The position numbers were made by a program, and so were the translations under genes. 59,917 nt of DNA. It comes from an uncultured Gammaproteobacteria bacterium (lineage in GTDB: Bacteria; Patescibacteriota; Microgenomatia; CAYXHB01; CAZYTL01). Shown piece by piece: positions 9,064-16,543 of this stretch. The notes under the pieces were generated by a model that saw only the letters and a program-made list of their open reading frames with translations, did no database searches and was not told the origin of the DNA. The stretch is taken from positions 1 through 59,917 of the forward strand of contig CAZYTL010000010.1 in assembly GCA_964650355.1 (NCBI GenBank). The letters run 5' to 3'. The number at the start of each line of letters is the position of its first letter. The first letter of the stretch is position 1.

Positions 9064-9339
9064 TTATTTTTTGAGAAAGTTTAATAAGGGTAATCTGTCT
9101 AGTAAGAACTGGCGCTCCATTTTCAACTTTTCGCGTTTGGCAATTAAGATTTCTAATTTGCTTTTGTTTTCTTGTTTATGTTTAATAATTTCGTCTTGAA
9201 TGGCGAGAATTTCCTTTTCTTTTTGAGCAATTTTTTTAACTTGAGCTTTGGTGAAGCACATAATGAGAATAATTGCCCAAATGCCAATGAAGAAAAAAGC
9301 AGATTGTAAAACTTTAGTGAAGATATCTATGATATTCAT
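9064..9339 (-). CDS. Hypothetical small membrane-anchored coiled-coil protein
   Basis: 91 aa and AT-rich. One N-terminal TM helix (FFFIGIWAIILIMCF) followed by a K/E-rich helix. A TTCCTC-N17-TAGAAT promoter-like module lies upstream on the minus strand (9383-9411). Confidence 0.4.
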   Translation of the reverse strand: MNIIDIFTKVLQSAFFFIGIWAIILIMCFTKAQVKKIAQKEKEILAIQDEIIKHKQENKSKLEILIAKREKLKMERQFLLDRLPLLNFLKK

Positions 9340-9390
9340 ATCTGTATTAATTTAATGTTTATGTGATACTAATTTAGTTATTATTCTACT

Positions 9391-9433
9391 CTCTTGGGCT
9401 CAGAAGAGGAAGGAGAGACAGCAGGAAAGAAGC
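9391..9433. repeat. Intergenic repeat module, partial copy A
   Basis: CTCTTGGGCTCAGAAGAGGAAGGAGAG matches the left end of copies B and C. It is followed by 7-nt-periodic sequence (CATGATT TACGATT TATGATT). Confidence 0.6.
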
Positions 9434-9544
9434 ATGATTTACGATTTATGATTTAAGAAGGATGAATTAGATATGCAAGAAGGATTGGCAGGTGGCGGAT
9501 TGCTGAGAGTGGATTTGGACTTGGTTATATTTCTAATTTTGGGG

Positions 9545-9766
9545 CTATCCGTAAATGGTTATGGATTGAAAGAGTAAGTATAAGGCCACTGCTATTGCCC
9601 AGGGATAAATAAGGATGGCCCAGCGGATTTTTTTGTGTTTTTGGTAATCACGGTAAAGAAGTACAGGGCCGATGATAAATAAGAAGATGAGGAGTCCGAA
9701 GGCAAACCAATTGACGATTTGGTGCATGACGAGTGGAGAGGAGACGGGCATATGGGGAGGAGCCAT
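9545..9766 (-). CDS. Hypothetical small two-TM membrane protein
   Basis: 73 aa with two hydrophobic helices. On the minus strand, TTCACC-N17-TATTAT lies 8 nt from the ATG (TATTAT = complement of 9775-9780). Confidence 0.4.
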   Translation of the reverse strand: MAPPHMPVSSPLVMHQIVNWFAFGLLIFLFIIGPVLLYRDYQKHKKIRWAILIYPWAIAVALYLLFQSITIYG

Positions 9767-9774
9767 TATGATTT

Positions 9775-9803
9775 ATAATACGCCGGTGGTTTTGAAAGGT
9801 GAA
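9775..9803 (-). promoter_or_regulatory. Promoter-like TTCACC-N17-TATTAT, 8 nt upstream of the ATG at 9766 (minus strand)
   Basis: The reverse complement of 9767-9803 reads TTCACC tttcaaaaccaccggcg TATTAT aaatcata ATG. Confidence 0.35.
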
Positions 9804-9843
9804 GGATGGATGAGAGATTGGTGAAGGGTCAAGTGATAAACGG
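9801..9843. repeat. Intergenic repeat module, partial copy D
   Basis: GAAGGATGGATGAGAGATTGGTGAAGGGTCAAGTGA aligns with GAAGGATGGATGGGAGATTGGTGAAGTGTCAAAGTGA of copy B. Confidence 0.6.
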
Positions 9844-9926
9844 TTATACTGTTTTGCCGTTTGTAAAACCATTTCCAATCAGGTTCTTTGGCTCTGCATT
9901 TTTATGTACAAAAAGGTTAATTGAGA

Positions 9927-9955
9927 TAGACAAGACTGAATGATTCTACTAGAAT
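9927..9955 (+). promoter_or_regulatory. Sigma70-like promoter TAGACA-N17-TAGAAT, 6 nt upstream of the ATG at 9962 (leaderless candidate)
   Basis: Hexamers and spacing read directly from the sequence. No Shine-Dalgarno sequence fits in the 6-nt gap. Confidence 0.4.
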
Positions 9956-9961
9956 TGGTTT

Positions 9962-10687
9962 ATGTCAGAGACTGAGACTAAAACAGAACGATTAGACGAA
10001 GAAACTGCCCATTCTGAGGCAAATATTATTGCAAGTCTGTCCAAGCCAAGAATGGAAGTTGGTTTCAAAGCTGCAGCAGAGGCAGCAGAAGAAGGCTCAA
10101 CATTGGGAAGACTGAAAGAACTATTCAAGGATACCGCATATTATGAACTTGGATCACAGCAACTTGAGCAGATGAAACGCGATGCGCCTGATTTGTATTA
10201 TGCACATATGTCTTTACAACAAGCTGTTGGGAATCTCGCTGGTTCTTTAGCTCCAGGATATACTAAATTAGAACAACGCTCCGCGATGACAGATGGCAAA
10301 AGGAGACAGAAAGCTAGTGAAGTTCCTCAGGCAGAAAAAGATAAAGCCATGAAAAGTGCCAGAGAAACAGCAATAAATCTTATTTTTCAGATTGAGGAGA
10401 CAATAAAACCGGAAATAGGTAATGTGTTTGGTCTAGATACAGGAGCAATAATCGCAACTGCTAAAGCAATCCAACAAGGAGTAGAAAATGGCCATGCCCT
10501 TCAAAGTCAGCCTCCTAATCCCGATCAGGTTGCAGCTCTGATGCAAGGAGTACTCGCTAGTTTAAATATCGATTATAAATGGGGTAAACAACTTGAGGGT
10601 GAAGTCCAAGTTGATTTAGATAGGGCAGTTGAAAAACAAATACGATATGATCAGGCAGAAACGGAAGTGAAAGGTACCCAAACTTAA
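9962..10687 (+). CDS. Hypothetical protein (no recognisable domain)
   Basis: 241-aa ORF, acidic and helical. TAGACA-N17-TAGAAT sits 6 nt upstream of the ATG. Confidence 0.5.
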   Translation: MSETETKTERLDEETAHSEANIIASLSKPRMEVGFKAAAEAAEEGSTLGRLKELFKDTAYYELGSQQLEQMKRDAPDLYYAHMSLQQAVGNLAGSLAPGYTKLEQRSAMTDGKRRQKASEVPQAEKDKAMKSARETAINLIFQIEETIKPEIGNVFGLDTGAIIATAKAIQQGVENGHALQSQPPNPDQVAALMQGVLASLNIDYKWGKQLEGEVQVDLDRAVEKQIRYDQAETEVKGTQT

Positions 10688-10710
10688 TAAATCATAATAC
10701 TCCTTTCTAA

Positions 10711-10826
10711 TCCCTTGGGCTCAGAAGAGGAAGGATGGATGGGAGATTGGTGAAGTGTCAAAGTGAGAAGCAGTTAGCATGGAACATAGAACATTGAGCA
10801 GGAAACAGAAAGCAGTAAATAGTAAA
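10711..10826. repeat. Intergenic repeat module, copy B (conserved ~60-nt head plus 8 heptamers)
   Basis: Head at 10711-10770. Heptamers at 10771-10826: CAGTTAG CATGGAA CATAGAA CATTGAG CAGGAAA CAGAAAG CAGTAAA TAGTAAA. Confidence 0.75.
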
Positions 10827-10890
10827 AAGTTAAACAAGGGATAAATTTATTATTCTTTTTCAGTTTGAGACTTGATTTTTGAGTAAAATT

Positions 10891-10920
10891 GGTGTACGCT
10901 TATAGCTAGAAGCGTACACC
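10891..10920 (-). terminator. Strong hairpin (11-bp stem GGTGTACGCTT/AAGCGTACACC) downstream of the DUF3800 gene
   Basis: On the minus strand the stem is followed by AATTTTACTCAAAAATC. It lies about 95 nt after the stop at 11015, and the U-tract is imperfect. Confidence 0.3.
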
Positions 10921-11014
10921 AATAACTTAGGTAGTGCCTTGGTGTTCCCTCCTCACAGAGGAGACATTTAAGCTAAGGAGGACCATTACTTAAGATGTCG
11001 CTTCTGCAAAGTAC

Positions 11015-11701
11015 TCAATCTGCGGATTGAGTTTTTTGATGCAATTTTTCCCAATAGTCATTAAATAATTCGGAGCCTTCGTTTATTAAATTGTTTTTTA
11101 AGATTCTAAAAAATTGATCACCAAGAGAACCTTGATTGTGATATCTGCCTAAAGCACCACAAACCCAATCTGCAATTTGAATATTTGCGTTAGTGGTGGA
11201 GTTTAACATTTCTATTTGCACAATTGTTCCTTTGGTCATTTGTGATAGTAGATTTGATGTCAGAATGCTTTTAAATTCTGACCTTTTTAGACCTTTAAGG
11301 TGCCTCTCATCGCAAAATACCCGGAAGTCTTTTTCTGTGATAGGGAGATAACTTTCTAAGGTTTTGGAGACGATATCTGTGTATAAGTGCCCAGTGCGGA
11401 CTTTGCCTTTATATCGATAGTTTAAAGGAATATTTTCTCTTCGGAGAAAACTGTATCGGATCCTAATGTCTAAGTTAGCGATCGTTCTTAATGTTCTTAA
11501 TCGCAAATCATCATTAATAGTCGGGTTGGAAAATTTTACTTCTGGTAAGTGCCGCAGTTTTCTGGGAAATTTTTCTGTTTTCCAAGACTTAAAACGTTTC
11601 TCGGTTCTTTTGGGGTCACCGGTGGTAAATGTTCCGACAAGAAAGAACTTTCCGTCTTTGTGTTTTGTAAATTGTCCGGTTTCGTCCAAGTAAATATTCA
11701 T
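11015..11701 (-). CDS. DUF3800-family protein, divergent paralogue of 5073..5783
   Basis: 228 aa. N-terminal IYLDETG, central RVFCDER and C-terminal NIQIADWVCG. The motif order matches the first DUF3800 ORF. The gene is AT-rich. Confidence 0.7.
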   Translation of the reverse strand: MNIYLDETGQFTKHKDGKFFLVGTFTTGDPKRTEKRFKSWKTEKFPRKLRHLPEVKFSNPTINDDLRLRTLRTIANLDIRIRYSFLRRENIPLNYRYKGKVRTGHLYTDIVSKTLESYLPITEKDFRVFCDERHLKGLKRSEFKSILTSNLLSQMTKGTIVQIEMLNSTTNANIQIADWVCGALGRYHNQGSLGDQFFRILKNNLINEGSELFNDYWEKLHQKTQSAD

Positions 11702-11740
11702 ATGAAATAAAGGTAAAATATCCTTGCCCCATTCTACTCT

Positions 11741-11889
11741 ATTGAGCTTGGAAGAGGAAGAATGGATGGGAGGTTGCTGAAGTGCCGAGGTGAGAAGCAG
11801 TTAGCATGGGAACATAGAACAGAGAGTATAGAACACGGAGCATAGAGCATAGAACATTGAGTAGGGAACAGGAAACAGAAAGCAGTAGT
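11741..11889. repeat. Intergenic repeat module, copy C (conserved head plus 13 heptamers)
   Basis: Head at 11741-11797 aligns with most positions of the copy B head by eye. Heptamers at 11798-11889 run CAGTTAG CATGGGA(A) CATAGAA CAGAGAG TATAGAA CACGGAG CATAGAG CATAGAA CATTGAG TAGGGAA CAGGAAA CAGAAAG CAGTAGT. Confidence 0.75.
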
Positions 11890-11910
11890 TTGAGCTAAGA
11901 AGAATCTTCC

Positions 11911-12396
11911 CTAGAAGCGTTTGATGTAGTCGATGCGGCCTTCGCCTTTCACATAGTAATCGGGTATCTCCCCTACTTTTACATAGCCGTTGGTTAAGTA
12001 AAATTGGTTGGCGGGTTTATAAGATTCGATGTCGCAAGTTAAGATGTGAAGGTATCTTCCTTGGTTATTGATGACGTATTGCTCAACTGCGTTGAGGAGT
12101 TGGTTGGCGATGCCTTGTCTGCGGTGGTCTTTATGGACGGCAATATAATCAGAGTCCATTTCATAGCCGCCGCTGCCGTATTTATTTTCCCTGACGCCGA
12201 TGGCGGCGATGATTTTCCCCTGATCTTCAACATACCAATACTGGTGGTGTTGTGCTTTAAGGCTGTCTAAGACGGCCTTTTTAACAAGCGCTTTTTCATT
12301 GGGAGCCCATTGTTGTTCAAAGGTATGGGGACCGGTTAAAAAGTTCCCGATTTTGACGGCGGTTGGTTTGTCTTTGAGCAATTTAATCTGAAACAT
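11911..12396 (-). CDS. GNAT-family N-acetyltransferase
   Basis: 161 aa. Acetyl-CoA motif A: VHKDHRRQGIANQLLNAVEQY. Confidence 0.8.
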   Translation of the reverse strand: MFQIKLLKDKPTAVKIGNFLTGPHTFEQQWAPNEKALVKKAVLDSLKAQHHQYWYVEDQGKIIAAIGVRENKYGSGGYEMDSDYIAVHKDHRRQGIANQLLNAVEQYVINNQGRYLHILTCDIESYKPANQFYLTNGYVKVGEIPDYYVKGEGRIDYIKRF

Positions 12397-12474
12397 GGTT
12401 TATTTAAGGGATATGTGCTTTAATTTTACTCTTATTAGATTCATGATTAAAGGAAGAATAGTGAAGTAGCAAGG

Positions 12475-12503
12475 TTGATTTTTGGTGTATTATTGTGTAA
12501 ACT
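12475..12503 (+). promoter_or_regulatory. Promoter-like TTGATT-N17-TAAACT, 8 nt upstream of the ATG at 12512
   Basis: Hexamers and spacing read directly from the sequence. Confidence 0.4.
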
Positions 12504-12511
12504 ATAGGATT

Positions 12512-14059
12512 ATGAAACATAGATATAGTTCGGAAGTGTTAAATCCTAGTTGTTCAAGAAGGGAATTCCTGAAAGATACGGGTCGGCTTGCCTTAGTGCT
12601 GAGCTTATATCCCGGAGGATTAGTACCGCGGGTTAGCGAACCTCCGATTAAACAAGTTGACCAGGAATCCGTGCCGGAGACTGTTTTGAATTATGAGAGG
12701 CTGAATCAGGCGTTGAGTCAGTTAGGTTATGAGCCTACCCGGAAAGATGCTGAATTTAGTCCCTTGTGCTTTTTTCAGGCAGTGGAACAAGCATCTGTTG
12801 ATGATCGTGAAAATCAGGAGCGGACACCTTTAGGTGCGTTTGCCAATGAATGGTTGGGGAAAAAATTGGAATTCAGCTGGAATGCCCGACTCTATGAACA
12901 TTATTTGAGGGAGAGAAGATCAGTGTTGGCGTGTACATACAAGGATACTTTGACTCCTAAAAAGACTGAGGGCATAAATGGGTATTTATTGTTGGGTGAA
13001 AAATTGATATCTTCAACTGTTCCGGAAGGCGAAGATGATACTTCTATAGCTAATTTTCAAGAACTGATGCGTGAATTTGATAGAAGATTGTCACCCAATC
13101 TGAGCAGGCAACTTTTAGTTTATGATGAACACATAGGTGAACTGCCGGATGGCGCGGGAGCCTGGGCTGCCTTTGTTGCGAATTGGATAGCTAATAGTAA
13201 GGTAACTCCCTTTGAGGATAAGCCTACTGATTTATGGCACGAAAGGTGCCACGAAAGTCTGTTGTCCGGCAAAATTTTAACCCGGTGGTTCCAGAATGAG
13301 ATTGCGAGCAGTGATTTTCTTAAAGATAAGGCGTTGACGAGTGATCCGGAAAAGGTGTTGAACAGTGTGACTGTGACAGTTGAACAAATTGCGCATCTGG
13401 TCGACATCAAGGATCAGGTCTCCCCGATTCGGTATTGGAGAATGGCGATTCATTTACTGGAAGAAATATTATCTGAGACTGCTCTGGAAAAGGTGAAGCA
13501 AACGCCTGGTTTTGAGTGGAATGATGATAATGTTGATGAGTTGATCAGAGTTTGGAATGACTCTCCTGAGGAGCTTGATCGATCCCAGGAGGAGGTGATA
13601 GAACAATTAATGAATTCGGATAATTGGAAGTTGCGCTTAACTATTGAGGAGGAGTCGACAGGGATGATAATTAAATCAGCTTCTGCTCCTTTGGAGATCC
13701 TCAGTTTGATCAGGAAGATGCCTAAAGAACATGTGGAGTTGGGACAATATTCTACATTGAGAACCATGGCGATGGATAATATGTATCACTATCTTTATGA
13801 TCCACCTAAAGGATTGCTAACGAATCCAAACCAAGGACCTGACGGGGGGCCAAAACCGAAGTGGGTTGAGGCAGACAAGGAAAAGTTTTTAAATGATGAG
13901 ATAGCGGTAGCGAAGTTAAAGGTGATGCTGGCCAATGCTCAAGAAATGGGCTCGGAGATAGAGACGATTGAAGACTTGTTGGCTGAGGTGATGAGGGTTG
14001 ATAATCGATTGAAGTGTTATTTTGACAGGTTGAATGGTAAGGAAGACGATAGTGAATGA
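12512..14059 (+). CDS. Hypothetical exported protein with twin-arginine-type signal
   Basis: The start is moved to the ATG at 12512 (MKHRYS..). SRREFLKDTGRLALVLSL matches the Tat consensus S/T-R-R-x-F-L-K followed by an h-region. There is no recognisable catalytic domain. Confidence 0.55.
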   Translation: MKHRYSSEVLNPSCSRREFLKDTGRLALVLSLYPGGLVPRVSEPPIKQVDQESVPETVLNYERLNQALSQLGYEPTRKDAEFSPLCFFQAVEQASVDDRENQERTPLGAFANEWLGKKLEFSWNARLYEHYLRERRSVLACTYKDTLTPKKTEGINGYLLLGEKLISSTVPEGEDDTSIANFQELMREFDRRLSPNLSRQLLVYDEHIGELPDGAGAWAAFVANWIANSKVTPFEDKPTDLWHERCHESLLSGKILTRWFQNEIASSDFLKDKALTSDPEKVLNSVTVTVEQIAHLVDIKDQVSPIRYWRMAIHLLEEILSETALEKVKQTPGFEWNDDNVDELIRVWNDSPEELDRSQEEVIEQLMNSDNWKLRLTIEEESTGMIIKSASAPLEILSLIRKMPKEHVELGQYSTLRTMAMDNMYHYLYDPPKGLLTNPNQGPDGGPKPKWVEADKEKFLNDEIAVAKLKVMLANAQEMGSEIETIEDLLAEVMRVDNRLKCYFDRLNGKEDDSE

Positions 14060-14064
14060 TGGTT

Positions 14065-14289
14065 TTATTTTACGAGGCTGCCGATTCGAAGTCTGTCTTG
14101 GCGGATCAGCTCTTCAATGCGGTTTATGCCCAGCCAGTTGTGCACGTGTCCGGGCTCGCGTTCGAGTTTAAATAGTTGGGGATCATCTTCACTGGGAAGG
14201 ACTTGGGTAACAGTGTGTTCCCAGAATCTGCCGGGATCTTGACCCCTGAGATAAACTTTAGACCCGACTTTTAGTTCATAGGGATTCAT
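14065..14289 (-). CDS. Hypothetical small protein
   Basis: 74-aa ORF in the only gap between flanking genes. No motif recognised. Confidence 0.35.
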   Translation of the reverse strand: MNPYELKVGSKVYLRGQDPGRFWEHTVTQVLPSEDDPQLFKLEREPGHVHNWLGINRIEELIRQDRLRIGSLVK

Positions 14290-14390
14290 ATAAGTAATTA
14301 GGTGTAATCGGGCGGTGAAAGACGGGCTTATCCCCTATTATATTATGAATTGAATGATGGAAGCGAAATTATGGCGGTCGAAGATGGTGG

Positions 14391-15206
14391 TCATGAGGGT
14401 TTGACGGGCGGTTTTCTTGAGCGGAATTTTTTATAAACCAGGAAGAGGACGACGAAGATGAATCCGGCAATGATGAGAGGGCCAAGGGATGACGGTTTGT
14501 GTTCTTTGATGAGTTCTAAATTGCCGGTAGCAATGTCGAGTTTGAAAGTGCGGGGGTTGCCGAGACGGCCACCGAAACCCAGACAGGGAAACGGACAATA
14601 AACGTCTTTAGCGCTGGAAGGAGGAATGGTAATTTTTATTTGTTTGGTTTGGGGGTCATTAATATAGTTTTTGAGGTAGACGTTTTTGTAATCGTCATAA
14701 TTGATATGACATTCATGATTAGCGTAGAAAGTCAGACCCTGACTGACAACATATTTTTCAGTGTTTTTATCAAGCAGCGCCTGGATACGGTCTGACTCTT
14801 GGACATTGTTGTTGCTTCTCATCTGCCGGAAGAGGGTTTGATATTCGTCACTGACCATGTATTGGCGAATGGTGTCATTAATCCGGTCTTTTTGAGTGAT
14901 AAAATCCGAGCATTGCGGACGTATTTCATACCAATGATCGATCCACTGGCTATAATTTAGGAGATGGGGATCTTGGGTAATATAGAGGGTGGCGGAAGGT
15001 GATTGCTGCCCGATATGACAAATTCCGTGTTCGCAGATAGGTAGCGGAGCGCTGCGGTTATGAAACACTGAATCGTCTGTTATCGGTTGGTTATTTTGAT
15101 AAAGAATGATTTCATCATCGGCGAAATAAATAGCATGAACGAATGAGGGTTTGAAGAGATTGATGAGGATGAGAAGGATGGTGATGAGGGTCAGAGGTTG
15201 ATACAT
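14391..15206 (-). CDS. Hypothetical Cys-containing surface protein with N-terminal signal and C-terminal TM anchor
   Basis: 271 aa. Signal-like LTLITILLILINLFKPSFVHA and a C-terminal helix LIIAGFIFVVLFLVY followed by KKFRSRK. Confidence 0.5.
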   Translation of the reverse strand: MYQPLTLITILLILINLFKPSFVHAIYFADDEIILYQNNQPITDDSVFHNRSAPLPICEHGICHIGQQSPSATLYITQDPHLLNYSQWIDHWYEIRPQCSDFITQKDRINDTIRQYMVSDEYQTLFRQMRSNNNVQESDRIQALLDKNTEKYVVSQGLTFYANHECHINYDDYKNVYLKNYINDPQTKQIKITIPPSSAKDVYCPFPCLGFGGRLGNPRTFKLDIATGNLELIKEHKPSSLGPLIIAGFIFVVLFLVYKKFRSRKPPVKPS

Positions 15207-15285
15207 TTGGCTCTCGAGAATGGTTTAGTAAGTTAAGTTTACTATGGAATGATAGAGTTGGAAAAGGTCTAGGGTGGGTCTGCGG

Positions 15286-15828
15286 TTAAAGATTAAGAAA
15301 GTAGCGTTTGAAGATATTCCACATACCTCCGATGCGACGTTGGAGACTGCGTTGGCTGTTTCCTTGATTGGTGAGGTTGTAGATGACTGAATAACGGATG
15401 GTATCGATGAGCCCTAGGGGTTCCTTTAAGGCAGCCTGGAAAGTGGTTTGGGTTTCATTATGATTGCCGAGGAGATGGATACCCTCATGGGTTTTAACGT
15501 ATTTTTTGGCAAAATAGGGTAGGTCAGCTGCCACATAAATATGGTGTTGGCAAGTTATGCCGTTCAGACCGCTGATCCTGTCACGATTAACTTCAATGGT
15601 TAAATTGTTAAGCACATAACCAAGATTGGAATCCTTGTTGGGTAAGGCGGTGGAAAAATCTTCAGGTGCTGGTTTTTCAGATGATTTTTCAAGTTCATTA
15701 CAGGGATTGGTCCAACCTGAGAAGTTAAACTGCGAGCAGGTATTTCTAGAGATGATTTCCAGATATGCGATGGAGACGACTGTGAGAAAGAAGATAAATA
15801 TTAGGGTATAAAGGAGGCGTTTTTTCAT
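15286..15828 (-). CDS. Membrane-anchored protein with HExxH motif (putative minimal zinc metallopeptidase)
   Basis: 180 aa with an N-terminal TM helix. It contains a single THEGIHLLGNHNE (HExxH) motif. Confidence 0.4.
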   Translation of the reverse strand: MKKRLLYTLIFIFFLTVVSIAYLEIISRNTCSQFNFSGWTNPCNELEKSSEKPAPEDFSTALPNKDSNLGYVLNNLTIEVNRDRISGLNGITCQHHIYVAADLPYFAKKYVKTHEGIHLLGNHNETQTTFQAALKEPLGLIDTIRYSVIYNLTNQGNSQRSLQRRIGGMWNIFKRYFLNL

Positions 15829-15888
15829 AGGGTTAATAGTTGCTAATTTTAAGTATATGTGGTGAGGGAAAGGAAGTGGAGCGGGGTT

Positions 15889-16491
15889 TTAATCAAAGGT
15901 GAAGTCTATGAGTCGGTGGTTGGAGGTGAGGAGTTGGGTTTGGTTTTCGTTGAGTTTGAGGACGCGGAGTTGATGGCTACGGGCAAAGTTGTCTATTTGT
16001 CGAATCAGTTGGTCGTATGTGTATTTGGGATCGTTGAAGTGGGCAATGGTGATGAGTTGGGAGGAGGGATTAAACCCTTGATGGAAGGAGAACTGGCCGT
16101 GATTTTCTCTGTCAAAGTAATAAGCGGACAGGAGATAGGCACCGGCGCTATCGCCTAAGATGATGGCGTTCGGTTTAAGGTTAGAAAGTTTAAAGCTTTG
16201 TTTGATCAAGCCTTTTTTAAGATCCAGGTTGGTTCCGCCGCAAAGAAAAATCAGGTGGTATTGGGACCAGTTAACCTTTTTCTTTTTACGGCCGATGATG
16301 TCTACCCGGTTGCCAAACTGGGGCAGAATGTGCTGGTCGTAATAATGGTCCGGCTTGGCGGAGGTAACAAAGGCCACCTGTTTACTTGCGGATAGATATT
16401 GATTAATTTTGTTTGAGTAGCAATAGAAGTATGATCGCTGGTAACTCTGGGGATCGTGTTTGTTGATGCCGCCGCTGTAGACAATTTTCAT
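15889..16491 (-). CDS. Peptidase S51 / type-1 glutamine amidotransferase-like protein
   Basis: 200 aa. FLCGGTNLDLKKGL and ILGDSAGAYL resemble the GGN..L and G-x-S-A-G nucleophile elbow of dipeptidase E-like proteins. Confidence 0.45.
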   Translation of the reverse strand: MKIVYSGGINKHDPQSYQRSYFYCYSNKINQYLSASKQVAFVTSAKPDHYYDQHILPQFGNRVDIIGRKKKKVNWSQYHLIFLCGGTNLDLKKGLIKQSFKLSNLKPNAIILGDSAGAYLLSAYYFDRENHGQFSFHQGFNPSSQLITIAHFNDPKYTYDQLIRQIDNFARSHQLRVLKLNENQTQLLTSNHRLIDFTFD

Positions 16492-16543
16492 AATTTGATG
16501 CTTCCTGCGATGAAATCTTGTAAGTGTGGTAATTAGCAGCTAA

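Noticed and set aside
9340-12400. Repeat-separated single-gene cassettes next to hsdR interpreted as an integron-like array
   Set aside because: There is no integrase gene, and no attC-type inverted core sites (RYYYAAC / GTTRRRY) are evident in the repeats. The cassettes have mixed orientation, and the repeats carry promoter-like boxes instead.
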